Notes under the pieces: model-generated | Told to the model about the DNA's origin: nothing | The model's input: the letters and a program-made list of their open reading frames with translations, nothing else | Databases searched by the model: none | Source: Myxococcota bacterium | GTDB lineage: Bacteria > Myxococcota_A > Polyangia > Nannocystales > Nannocystaceae | Length of the DNA stretch: 64,000 bases | NCBI GenBank assembly: GCA_039028615.1 | Contig: JBCCHT010000031.1 | Location: 89,425-153,424 of the forward strand | Direction of reading: 5' to 3' | Translations under genes and position numbers: made by a program | Part shown: positions 22,541-31,557 of the stretch, in pieces | How the letters are laid out: each line of letters starts with the position of its first letter | Numbering within the stretch: position 1 is the stretch's first letter

Positions 22541-23329
22541 ATGGCCCAGTCGCTCACCTACCAAGCGATGCTCGTCACCGAGTTCGAGTACCGGAGGTCG
22601 CGCAATTCGGGCTATTCGCTGCGGGCCTTCGCCCGCGACCTGGCGATGCCGCCATCCACCCTCAACGAGGTGCTCAACCAACGCAAAGGCATCTCCAGCG
22701 CCCGTGCACGCAAGCTCGCCCGGCGGCTCGGCCTCAGCCACGACCTGGCCGAGGTCTTCGTGTTGTCGGCTCGGGCCCAGCACGCCCGGGCCGCCGTCGA
22801 CCGCAGTGCAGCCGAGGCCGAGCTGGCCGCGCTGGCGTCGCGTGGGGGTGATCGGCGCCCGAAGACGACCACGATCGTCGGCTGGGTCACCGAGGCCGTG
22901 CTCAAGCTCTACGAGCGCCGCGGTACGCAGCTGTCCGTGGAGACCACCGCGGCCGAGCTGAAGGTCCCGACCTTCACCGTGCAGTTCGCTCTTCGCTTCC
23001 TGACCCGACTCGGCTTCCTCGAGGACGCGCCTCCCAGTCGCGCCTTCTTGGCCTACCTGGGCAAGGGGCGCCGTCTCAACGTCGACTACGAGCAGCTCCT
23101 TCGCCGGGCGACGGCGGCCACGCGCGAGCCGGGGTCGCACGACGTCTTCGTGCACGAGCCCCTGCTCCTCGATGCGCGCGGGGTCAAGAAGGCCCAGCAG
23201 CTCATCGAGCGCTGCCTCGAGGACGTCAAGCGACTGTCGCGTACGAGTCGCCGCGCGACGCTCTACTACCTCACCTCTCAGCTCTTCCAGGCGGAATTCA
23301 AGACGACCACGAAAGGGGAACCACGATGA
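22541..23329 (+). CDS. HTH DNA-binding protein resembling the TIGR02147/DUF4423 family
   Basis: N-terminal RRSRNSGYSLRAFARDLAMPPSTLNEVLNQRKGIS HTH; second winged-helix-like region; C-terminal YYLTSQLF. Confidence 0.7.
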   Translation: MAQSLTYQAMLVTEFEYRRSRNSGYSLRAFARDLAMPPSTLNEVLNQRKGISSARARKLARRLGLSHDLAEVFVLSARAQHARAAVDRSAAEAELAALASRGGDRRPKTTTIVGWVTEAVLKLYERRGTQLSVETTAAELKVPTFTVQFALRFLTRLGFLEDAPPSRAFLAYLGKGRRLNVDYEQLLRRATAATREPGSHDVFVHEPLLLDARGVKKAQQLIERCLEDVKRLSRTSRRATLYYLTSQLFQAEFKTTTKGEPR

Positions 23330-23673
23330 TCAAGCAACTCAACAGCGTCATCATGTACTCGAAGGACCTCGATGCGGCGAAGCAGTGGTACCAGGACCAG
23401 CTGGGCTTCGAGATCCTGTACTACGTGCCGAAGGCCTTCTTGTCGATGAAGCATGCGCAGATGGGGCGCATCGACTTTCATCCGACTTCGGACGATTCGT
23501 ATGTCGGGCGGGGGCCGTTGCCGAACTTTGCAGTGGGGGACATCGTGAAGGCTAAGGCTTGGTTGGAGGGGATGGGGGCGAGGGTCAGCGAGATTCAGCA
23601 GACGGGGGATAGTCCGCGGCATGCTTGGTTTTGGGATCACGAGGGGAATGTGCTCGGGCTCGAGGAGGATTGA
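23326..23673 (+). CDS. VOC/glyoxalase/bleomycin-resistance family protein
   Basis: DLDAAKQWYQDQLGF, FAVGDI, WFWDHEGNVLGL; ATGA overlap with the HTH gene. Confidence 0.9.
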   Translation: MIKQLNSVIMYSKDLDAAKQWYQDQLGFEILYYVPKAFLSMKHAQMGRIDFHPTSDDSYVGRGPLPNFAVGDIVKAKAWLEGMGARVSEIQQTGDSPRHAWFWDHEGNVLGLEED

Positions 23674-23732
23674 GCGGGGGAGCCATCCGGGGCGGTCGTG
23701 CTGACTTCGAGGGGAGGGGCTGCATTTTTGTT

Positions 23733-23964
23733 CTCGTGGGCTGGATTTGCTTCGCGATACGCCTGCGAATTTTCGAACGGAAGGCTCGCCCGTTTTAACG
23801 GATGGAACCCTCCCCGGACATGCTCGGCGGCCGTTGTCGCTGAGTGTTTCGCGACGGGTGTTGGCGGCCGCCTCCGCGCGACCGGGCCCCCTCCATCCTA
23901 CGCGGCTTCGCTTCAGCTCTCCCCGTGGCGGCTTGTCCCGAGCGGGCGTCGGTTGGGCTTTGCT
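23733..23964 (+). repeat. Left arm of ~230-bp imperfect inverted repeat
   Basis: Reverse complement of 24249-24478, e.g. gcgatacgcctgcgaattttcgaacggaaggctcgcc and ggcggccgcctccgcgcgaccgggccccctccatcctacgcggcttcgcttcagc. Confidence 0.92.
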
Positions 23965-24248
23965 GTGGTGTGGGGGAGGCTGGCTTGGAGGAGAGGGAGG
24001 TACGGGCGTTGGGGGCTGGCCGAAGTCGCGTTGTGACCATGCCGGCATGCTCGATGGAGGTGGGCGTCGTTCCCCCTCGGACCCTCTACAACGTTTGGCT
24101 CGAGATTGAACGAACGCTCATTGCCTCCGAATCGACCGGGTTGCGGACTACATTCGTTGAAGTGAACCGTCGACGACATGCGCACGAGCACCGAACGGGG
24201 TAGGCCTTTACTCGACCAACCTCCTCGAAGCAGGCTTCCCATCGAGGA

Positions 24249-24478
24249 AGCAACACCCAGCCGATGCTCGGACGGGAGAAGCCGCGCGGGGAGGGCTGAA
24301 GCGAAGCCGCGTAGGATGGAGGGGGCCCGGTCGCGCGGAGGCGGCCGCCGACAGCCGTCGCGAAGCACTCAGTTGCAACGGCCGCCGAGCACGTCCGGGG
24401 AGGGTTCCATCCGTTAAACAGGCGAGCCTTCCGTTCGAAAATTCGCAGGCGTATCGCCAAACAAACCCAACCGACGAG
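24249..24478 (-). repeat. Right arm of ~230-bp imperfect inverted repeat
   Basis: Matches 23733-23964 on the opposite strand. Confidence 0.92.
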
Positions 24479-24538
24479 GACGCAGTTCCACACCCATCTC
24501 TCGCGCGAGCCGATCGGAGCGGACCCCGGTTCGCTCAC

Positions 24539-26833
24539 TCATTCTGGTTGCGTGCCCGGTTCGCGGACGGCAGCGAGCTGTTGGCGGAGTACGGCGGGAT
24601 CGGAGGTCGGAGCCTCGCAGCGCCCGCGTTCGCAGACGTAGGCGGTGGCCTGGCCTCGCTTGGCTCGCTTGCCGGCCAGCGCGGGAAACTGCTCGGCGAG
24701 GGTGGGGGGGATGCCGGACGCGGGGAGGCGCACGGGGAGGACTCGGGAGGGGCGGCTGTCTACGACTTCGTTCCACAGGGCGGCCGTGTCTTCTCCGACC
24801 GGCGCCCCCGCGATCACGACCTCGCGCACGGGAGCCGTGGCGTGATCGAGCGCGGTCAGCAGGGTGCCCGACCAGTAGGGGCGCTGCTCGGCGTGGACCG
24901 CCGCGCGGGCCAGGACCTGGTAGCCGGCGTCGTAGAGCGTCTCGTCCCCGGTGATGGCCCCGAGCTCGAGCATCAGCTGCACCGCCGTCGCACCGCCGCT
25001 GGGCAGCGCGTTGTCGTCGAAGTCCGCGATGCGGAGGGGCAGGCCTGATTCTCCGTCGAGGGCCGAGCCGCGCACGTGCAAGAAGACGTGGCGATCGGCG
25101 TCGTGGAAGTGGGCGAGCAACTCGTCGGCGACGCGGCGCGCCGAGGTCAGCCACAGCAGGTTACCGGTCGCAGCATGGAGGCGCACGAAGGCGAGCCCGG
25201 CCATGGCATGGTCGTCGAGGTATCCATCGCCCAAGCTCTGGCCCTTGAACACGCCGCGGCGCAGCACGGGCTCGGCCCAGGCGGTGTCGAGGATCCAGTT
25301 GCCGGCCTCGATGGCGGCGTCGCGATAGCGGGGCTCGTCGAGCCAGCGGGAGGCGTCGGCGAGGGCCATGATCATCAGGCCGTTCCAGGCGACCAGCTCC
25401 TTGTCGTCGACTCCGGGGGGCTTTCGTTGGGCGCGGGCCTCGGCCAGCTTGGGGAGGCTGCGGTCGATGGCGCCGCGGACGGCCTCGACGTCGAGGCCCA
25501 GGGGGGAGGCGACGCGCTCGTCGGGTTCGCGGTGCAGCACGCTGCGCCCCTCGATCTCTCGATCGCCGGCCGAGGTGACGCCGAAGGCTCGGCCTACGAT
25601 GGCGGCATCTTCGGCGGGCAGGACGGTGGCGAGCTCGTCGGGGGTCCAGGAGTAGAAGTAGCCCTCGCCGCCGGGGTCGTCGGCGTCGAAGCCCACGACG
25701 AAGCCTCCGTCGGGCTGCTGCCAGTTCGCGACGATGTCGTCGAGCAAGGCGCGGCCGACGTCGACGAAGTCGGGGCGGTCGAGGCTGAGGCCGGCTTCGA
25801 TGTAGATCGCGGCGAGCTGGGCGTTGTCGTAGAGGGTCTTCTCGAAGTGTGGCAGGTGCCAGTGCAGGTCGACCGCGTAGCGGTGGAAGGTGCCGGCGAG
25901 GTGATCCCGAATGCCGCCTCGCATCATCTTCTCGAGGGTGAGCACCAGGTGGTCGCGCGTACCCGGGTCATCGACGCGCTGGACGTGCCGCAGGTGCGCG
26001 AGCAGCAGCGGAGACTGGGGGAACTTGTTGCGGCGTCCGTAGCCGCCGTTGCGAGAGTCCCGGCCGCCGACCAGTCGGGCCATGGCCCGGCTCATGCGGG
26101 CGGCTTCGAGGGCGGCGGGGGCTCCCACGGCGGCGAGGGCTCGGCGCTCGACTTCGGCGAGGACCTCTCGGCCCTTGGTGGCGACCTGCTCTCCTTGCTC
26201 GGCGAACAGCGACCGCACTTCTTCGAGGACTTCGAGGAACCCGGGGCGGCCACCCCGGGAGTGCCGGGGAAAGTAGGTGCCGCCGTAGTAGGGCTCGAGG
26301 CTAGGCATCAGAAAGACGGTGAGGGGCCAGCCCGTGGAGCTGCCCAGGGCGGAGACGGCATCGATGTAGATCGCGTCGAGGTCGGGCCGTTGCTCGCGGT
26401 CGACCTTGATCGAGATGAAGTGCTCGTTGAGGAAGGCGGCGACGGTGTCGTCCTCGAAGCTCTCCTCCTCCATCACGTGGCACCAGTGACAGGTGGAGTA
26501 GCCGATGCTCAAGAAGATCGGCTTGTTCTCTCGCCGGGCGCGGGCGAGGGCTTCTTCGCCCCAGGGGTACCAATCGACGGGGTTGTGGGCGTGCTGGAGC
26601 AGGTAGGGGCTCGGCTGACCGACGAGGTGATTGCCTTTGCGGCGGACGGTCGCGGGGTCCCGTGCGGCGACATCGGTGGTGCTGGCCGAGCTCGCGGCGG
26701 GGGAGGGCCCGCTCTTTTGGGTGGGCGCGGGACGGTGCCCGTAGGGGTCCTGCCCGGGGCACGCGGCCAGCATCGGCAGGCCCAGCCACGACACGAGAGC
26801 TGCGATGCGCGAGCGATGGGAGAAGTGGGGCAC
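24539..26833 (-). CDS. YyaL/SSP411 (DUF255) thioredoxin-domain protein with lipoprotein signal
   Basis: Lipobox [72 protein letters not shown]. Confidence 0.93.
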   Translation of the reverse strand: MPHFSHRSRIAALVSWLGLPMLAACPGQDPYGHRPAPTQKSGPSPAASSASTTDVAARDPATVRRKGNHLVGQPSPYLLQHAHNPVDWYPWGEEALARARRENKPIFLSIGYSTCHWCHVMEEESFEDDTVAAFLNEHFISIKVDREQRPDLDAIYIDAVSALGSSTGWPLTVFLMPSLEPYYGGTYFPRHSRGGRPGFLEVLEEVRSLFAEQGEQVATKGREVLAEVERRALAAVGAPAALEAARMSRAMARLVGGRDSRNGGYGRRNKFPQSPLLLAHLRHVQRVDDPGTRDHLVLTLEKMMRGGIRDHLAGTFHRYAVDLHWHLPHFEKTLYDNAQLAAIYIEAGLSLDRPDFVDVGRALLDDIVANWQQPDGGFVVGFDADDPGGEGYFYSWTPDELATVLPAEDAAIVGRAFGVTSAGDREIEGRSVLHREPDERVASPLGLDVEAVRGAIDRSLPKLAEARAQRKPPGVDDKELVAWNGLMIMALADASRWLDEPRYRDAAIEAGNWILDTAWAEPVLRRGVFKGQSLGDGYLDDHAMAGLAFVRLHAATGNLLWLTSARRVADELLAHFHDADRHVFLHVRGSALDGESGLPLRIADFDDNALPSGGATAVQLMLELGAITGDETLYDAGYQVLARAAVHAEQRPYWSGTLLTALDHATAPVREVVIAGAPVGEDTAALWNEVVDSRPSRVLPVRLPASGIPPTLAEQFPALAGKRAKRGQATAYVCERGRCEAPTSDPAVLRQQLAAVREPGTQPE

Positions 26834-26887
26834 TGCGGAGCCACTGTAGCATCGGGCCCCGACCGCACCCCGCGGCGCACGCCTGCG

Positions 26888-27748
26888 CTACGAGGCCTTG
26901 GTGTCGTCGGGCGGGAGCAGAGGACGCGGCAGGGTCTCGCTCCACGCCGCACCATATAGATCGCTGCGCACCGCGAGGTAGCCGGGGTACTCGCCCAGGG
27001 CCTCTTCGTTGCGAGCGGTGTCGATGTCGACGAAGGTGAAGGTCTCCTCGCTGCGCACGACGACTTGCCCCGTCGGGTCGATGGCGATGGAGGGGCCGCC
27101 CAAGGCCGCGCCATCTTCTGCCGGACGATTGACCGAGAGGATCCAGGTGTTGGCCGTCTTGGCGGTGGACCGCATGACCAGCTCCCACTCGTCGAAGTAG
27201 TCGGGCTCGGTCGCGCGGGGGTGACAGATGAGCCGAGCTCCGCGAGCGGCGAGGATGTGGCTGCCTTGTGGGCGGTTGATGTCCGAGCAGATCTGAATAC
27301 CGAAGAGCACCCCGTGCAAGGCCACGAGCGGCAAGGCTCCCGCGCCAGCCTGGTAGTGGTCGGCCTCCCAGAACCCGGGCTCTTGGGGAATGTGCAGCTT
27401 GGAGTAGCGACCCTGCTCCTGACCTTCGGCGTCGAAGACCATGGCTTGGTTCTCGCGGTGCCCGGTGGCGGGGACGGTCACGATGGTCCCGCCGAGCACG
27501 GCGATGCCGACCTCTCGCGCGGCCGCGGCGAGCCGCTGCTGTCGCGGACCGTGCGGGGCCTCGGCGTCGTGGTCTCGGGCTTGGCGAGTGGCGGGCGCCC
27601 ACGCGAGCAAGGGCAGCTCGGGAAGCACGGCCAGCTGTGCCCCGTGATCGCGAGCGTGGCTCAGCCGTTCACGGAGCCGGGCGTCGCTGTCGGTTCCGAC
27701 GAAGACCTCGGAGATCAGGGCTACACGAAGCCGCGGTGCGCTCGACAT
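26888..27748 (-). CDS. Carbon-nitrogen hydrolase (nitrilase superfamily)
   Basis: E-K-C triad in LPEL, YSKLHIP..FWE and GIQICSD. Confidence 0.9.
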   Translation of the reverse strand: MSSAPRLRVALISEVFVGTDSDARLRERLSHARDHGAQLAVLPELPLLAWAPATRQARDHDAEAPHGPRQQRLAAAAREVGIAVLGGTIVTVPATGHRENQAMVFDAEGQEQGRYSKLHIPQEPGFWEADHYQAGAGALPLVALHGVLFGIQICSDINRPQGSHILAARGARLICHPRATEPDYFDEWELVMRSTAKTANTWILSVNRPAEDGAALGGPSIAIDPTGQVVVRSEETFTFVDIDTARNEEALGEYPGYLAVRSDLYGAAWSETLPRPLLPPDDTKAS

Positions 27749-27772
27749 CGGCCGCAGCGTAGCAGCGTCGTC

Positions 27773-28714
27773 TCAGCGCCGTTGGCGGTCGAGCCAGTCG
27801 ATCGTGTCCGATTCCCAGGAGCCCGGCGCGAACACGTGGCCTCCGTTTTCGAGCCAGCGGTACTCGAAGCGACCACCCGAACCAGCGTCGAGGCTCGGCT
27901 CGACCACCCACGGGGGAATCATGGGGTCGTGCCGCATGCCGAGGTACAGCGCAGGGCATCGCAGATCCGGTAGCCGCGGCCCGACGCTCATCTGGCGGTA
28001 GTAGTCGGCGACGTCGTCGAAGCCGAAGCGAGGCACGACGGCCAAGCGGTCCCACTCGCGGATCGTCCTGACGCGGCGGACCTGATCGGCGGGGTGCGGC
28101 AAGGAGCGTCGGGTCGCGGTCACGGCGTAGCAGGCCTTGAGGGCGTTGAGCACGTGATGGCGGTAGACGAAGCCGCGTCGGCGATCGATCGCCTGGCACG
28201 ACAGCTCGAGGTCGAGCGGAGAGGATATGGCCGCCACCGCCTGGACGGCGGGCGCGGGGTCGAGGGCGTGCGACAGGCTGATGTGACCGCCCAGCGAGTA
28301 GCCGAGCACGAGCACGCGCTCGTAGCCGGCGAGGGAAGGGGCGCCGAGGACCGATCCGAGGTCGGAGCCGACACCTGCGTGGTAGAGGTCCTCGCCATCG
28401 CCGGTGCAGCCCCGCATGCCGATTCGCAGCGAGGACCAGCCCCGCCGCTCGGCTTCGCAGGCCGCCCGCAGGCAGTAGGGGCTGCGTGGCGTACCGCCCA
28501 AGCCGTGCACGATGAGCAGCAAGGTGCTGGCCCCGGGGGTTCGGTGGTACCGACCCTGCAGGCGCACGCTGCCCACTTGTGGATCGACGAGGTCGACATG
28601 CCACTGTTCGGTCGGGGGCGCGGACACCGGGCGTACGCGTTGGCGGAGCTCGGGCAGCACCGTCCACGCGTGGCCTGCGGCAGCGAGCGTCCAGTCGCGG
28701 GGGCGCAGATGCAT
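27773..28714 (-). CDS. YheT-like alpha/beta hydrolase
   Basis: VHGLGG, YHAG, GYSLGG nucleophile elbow, HDPMIP, GGH. Confidence 0.88.
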   Translation of the reverse strand: MHLRPRDWTLAAAGHAWTVLPELRQRVRPVSAPPTEQWHVDLVDPQVGSVRLQGRYHRTPGASTLLLIVHGLGGTPRSPYCLRAACEAERRGWSSLRIGMRGCTGDGEDLYHAGVGSDLGSVLGAPSLAGYERVLVLGYSLGGHISLSHALDPAPAVQAVAAISSPLDLELSCQAIDRRRGFVYRHHVLNALKACYAVTATRRSLPHPADQVRRVRTIREWDRLAVVPRFGFDDVADYYRQMSVGPRLPDLRCPALYLGMRHDPMIPPWVVEPSLDAGSGGRFEYRWLENGGHVFAPGSWESDTIDWLDRQRR

Positions 28715-28839
28715 CGTAGGCAACGCTACATGGTGGTGGGGCCCCGGACGACCTACGACGAGGCATCGTGCCCGACAACGCCAGGCCGTCGGCCGTGGGC
28801 ACCGCCCCGACGACTGCCAATTACGTGTGGGATGCCACG

Positions 28840-28868
28840 TTGACGATGTGCAGGCGCGGCGCTAGCTT
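28840..28868 (+). promoter_or_regulatory. Sigma70-type promoter heading the oxidase-assembly operon (likely leaderless)
   Basis: TTGACG (28840-28845), 17 bp, TAGCTT (28863-28868); GTG start at 28875. Confidence 0.6.
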
Positions 28869-28874
28869 GCCGGC

Positions 28875-29333
28875 GTGACGAACCCGGAGGTCGAGACTTC
28901 GGGACCCAGCCTACGCTTGGTATTGGGTGTTATGGCTGTGGTGATTGTGGTTATGGGCGTCGCGTCTTACTGGCGCTACGTCGTCTCCGAGAACCACTTC
29001 GCCGAGGTCCTGGCCGAGATGGACCGCAAGTCGCCCGAACTCGATACGGAGGGCTGCATCAGCGCCGTACTCGAGTGGCATGGGGAATGCGAGGCCAATA
29101 AACCGCTCTGCGACAATGGAGTACCCCAGGTGATGACTCACTGTTTGGCGGGTCGCGATCGCAGCGCGACCTGCGAAGAACTCGATCTGAGCTCCGCGAA
29201 GGCCCAATGGGTCTTCAACTCCTGCTTCGATCGCGGTACCCCTTGCCGGAACAAGAAGAAGTGCGCCTGCGCCGACGCGTATCGAACCGTCGATAGTTTT
29301 TGTCGGCACGACCAAAAGGGCGTGTCTCTTTAG
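28875..29333 (+). CDS. Membrane-anchored 10-cysteine hypothetical protein
   Basis: N-terminal TM (LVLGVMAVVIVVMGVASYW), then 10 Cys spaced X10,X6,X10,X9,X16,X6,X5,X1,X10. Confidence 0.7.
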   Translation: MTNPEVETSGPSLRLVLGVMAVVIVVMGVASYWRYVVSENHFAEVLAEMDRKSPELDTEGCISAVLEWHGECEANKPLCDNGVPQVMTHCLAGRDRSATCEELDLSSAKAQWVFNSCFDRGTPCRNKKKCACADAYRTVDSFCRHDQKGVSL

Positions 29334-29363
29334 CGAGAGATTTTTTTCCGGAGCAACCGTCCC

Positions 29364-30218
29364 ATGAACCGCGCATCCGATCTTTGGCAGCTCACCAAGC
29401 CCGGGGTCACGCGTATGTGTTTGTTGACCACCGCGGGCGGCTTGGCCCTCGCATCGGGTCACATCGGATGGTTCGCCGGGCTCGGTACGGTGCTCGGGGC
29501 CGCATTGGCCGTTGGCGGGGCAAATGCCGCCAACATGTGGTGGGAGCGCGATACCGACAAGTTGATGGCTCGGACGCGACGTCGGCCGCTGCCCACCGGG
29601 CGCGTGTCTCCGGCCGTCGCTCTGGCCTTCGCCATCGCGTTGTCGCTCGGCTCGCTGGTCGTGCTGAGCATCGCGGCCAACCTCCTCACCGCCGGGCTCG
29701 CTGCGTTCGCGCTGGTGGGCTACGTACTGGTCTACACGCCGCTCAAGTACAAGACTCCGCTCGCGCTGGTGATCGGCGCGGTGCCGGGAGCCATCCCTCC
29801 GCTGCTGGGATGGACGGCGGTCACCGATTCCCTCGATGCCGGCGGCCTGGTGCTGTTCGGGATCTTGCTCGTTTGGCAGATCCCTCACTTCCTGGCCATC
29901 TCGCTGTATCGCAAGAAAGAGTATGCCCGGGCCGGAATCCGCGTGGTCCCGGTCGTTCGCGGGGATGCCGTCGCCAAGATCCAAGCCGTGGGTTGGGTTA
30001 TGATTTTGGTCCCGCTGTCGGCAATGCTGACCCCGCTGGGCGTCGCCGGAGGCCTCTACATGTGGTTCGCCATGCTGCTCGGCATGGTGTTCCTCGGGTG
30101 GGCATTCACCGGACTCGACAACCGAGCCGGTGATCGCTGGGCGCGAGGATACTTCCTCGCATCTCTCATCTACTTACCCGCGCTGGCGCTCGCGTTGGCG
30201 GTGGACGTGGCGCTCTAA
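29364..30218 (+). CDS. cyoE: Protoheme IX farnesyltransferase (heme o synthase)
   Basis: LTKPG, ERDTDKLMARTRRRPLP, YTPLK, GAVPGAIPPLLGW, WQIPHFLAI. Confidence 0.96.
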   Translation: MNRASDLWQLTKPGVTRMCLLTTAGGLALASGHIGWFAGLGTVLGAALAVGGANAANMWWERDTDKLMARTRRRPLPTGRVSPAVALAFAIALSLGSLVVLSIAANLLTAGLAAFALVGYVLVYTPLKYKTPLALVIGAVPGAIPPLLGWTAVTDSLDAGGLVLFGILLVWQIPHFLAISLYRKKEYARAGIRVVPVVRGDAVAKIQAVGWVMILVPLSAMLTPLGVAGGLYMWFAMLLGMVFLGWAFTGLDNRAGDRWARGYFLASLIYLPALALALAVDVAL

Positions 30219-30241
30219 CGGAGGTAGGAGGCGACCCGGCG

Positions 30242-30916
30242 ATGCCTGCTGCTCCTCCAGACCTCAAACGCCCCGGGTGGCTCGAGTGGTTTCGACGCTA
30301 TCTGTGGCTGATCTCGTTTGTGGCTGGGGTCCTCACGCTCACCGCCCTGCGGTGTAGCGGCCGTCTTCGCCAGGTCCCCGACCCGCCGCAGGTGCTGTTC
30401 GAGCTGCCGAGCTACGAACTGGTCGACCACCGGAACGAGCCCTTCACCCCCGACACCTTGCGCGGGAAGGTCTGGGTCGCCGGCTTCGTGTTCACCAGCT
30501 GCCCGAGCAGCTGCCCCGTAGTCACCAAGGCGATGTCCGAGCTTCGCGATCGCTACGATCGCTACGGCGTCGACGTGCAGATGGTCTCCTTTACGGTCGA
30601 CCCGCAAAACGACACGCCGAAGGTCCTGGCCGACTACATCGATTCCCAAGGCATCGAGTCGCCGAACTGGCGTTTCGTGACCGGAGAGCCGGCCCAAGTC
30701 CTCGAGCTGGTCCGCAAGGGCTTCAAGCTCGGCGTGGGTGAGCGCGAGGCCGACGAGCAAGGCGTGGCCTACGACATCGCGCACTCCACGAAGCTGGCGC
30801 TCGTCGACGCCGACGGAGCCGTGCGCGGCTTCTATGGCATCGACGGTGAGTACGGCACGGACGAAATCTTCGAACGAGCACAGCACGTGCTCGCCCAACA
30901 GGAGCGTCAGCGGTGA
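30242..30916 (+). CDS. SCO1/SenC copper chaperone
   Basis: FVFTSCPSSCP, TVDPQNDTP, IAHSTKLALVD. Confidence 0.93.
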   Translation: MPAAPPDLKRPGWLEWFRRYLWLISFVAGVLTLTALRCSGRLRQVPDPPQVLFELPSYELVDHRNEPFTPDTLRGKVWVAGFVFTSCPSSCPVVTKAMSELRDRYDRYGVDVQMVSFTVDPQNDTPKVLADYIDSQGIESPNWRFVTGEPAQVLELVRKGFKLGVGEREADEQGVAYDIAHSTKLALVDADGAVRGFYGIDGEYGTDEIFERAQHVLAQQERQR

Positions 30917-31383
30917 AGACGTCCGGCCTACGGTCGAGCTCTCGTCGTTGCCTGATCGCCACCATGTTCGTTGCCGTCGCAGCGTGCGGAGACGCGAAGC
31001 CCCGCTTTACCGAGCCGGTCACGCTCGGCGGCAAGCAAGTGCCGCCCGAGGTGCTCAACCGTGGCTCGCGGGTCTATGCGCTCTACTGCGTCAGCTGCCA
31101 TGCGATCGACGGTTCGGGGCAGGGCAACGCTGCCCGCTCCCTCAAGGTACCCCCACGCGATTTCCGCGAAGCGGACTTCCGGTACGTGTCGGGGCCTGAG
31201 GGTTCCCTGCCTACCGACGACGATCTAGACCTGACGTTACGTAAGGGTCGGGCAGAAAATGGCATGCCCGCCTGGGATGGCCTCTCGGTTGAGGATCGCC
31301 ACGCCGTGATCCAATACCTCAAGACTTTTTCCGATCGGTGGTCTCACGAAGCGCCCAAAGGGCCGGAGGTCGCCGAATCATGA
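30913..31383 (+). CDS. Monoheme c-type cytochrome lipoprotein
   Basis: Lipobox VAAC; CVSCH; PRDF; GMPAW distal Met. Confidence 0.9.
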   Translation: MKTSGLRSSSRRCLIATMFVAVAACGDAKPRFTEPVTLGGKQVPPEVLNRGSRVYALYCVSCHAIDGSGQGNAARSLKVPPRDFREADFRYVSGPEGSLPTDDDLDLTLRKGRAENGMPAWDGLSVEDRHAVIQYLKTFSDRWSHEAPKGPEVAES

Positions 31384-31439
31384 ATCATCACGCGCAACTC
31401 TCTTCCTCAACCCATGGCGCGACCGTGTGTTTGGCAAGC

Positions 31440-31458
31440 TTGCGACCGCATGTCGCAA
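31440..31458. promoter_or_regulatory. Palindrome TTGCGAC-N5-GTCGCAA upstream of actA (RegA/PrrA-box-like)
   Basis: Perfect 7-bp inverted repeat ~100 bp upstream of the actA start. Confidence 0.55.
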
Positions 31459-31557
31459 TTGCTACGGTCCGCGCCGCTAGCAGCGTGAGACACGCTGCTG
31501 AACGGGAGCAACGGGGCCTGGGGCAACTAGGGTCCCAACGAGCAAAGGTGAACGACC

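Noticed and set aside
23698..24538. Short ORFs spanning the inverted-repeat arms
   Set aside because: They are mirror translations of the repeat with frame differences between arms, so probably non-coding.
26478..26492. CHWCH as a heme-c site making YyaL a cytochrome
   Set aside because: It is the family's conserved thioredoxin-like motif (STCHWCHVM); heme binding is unsupported.
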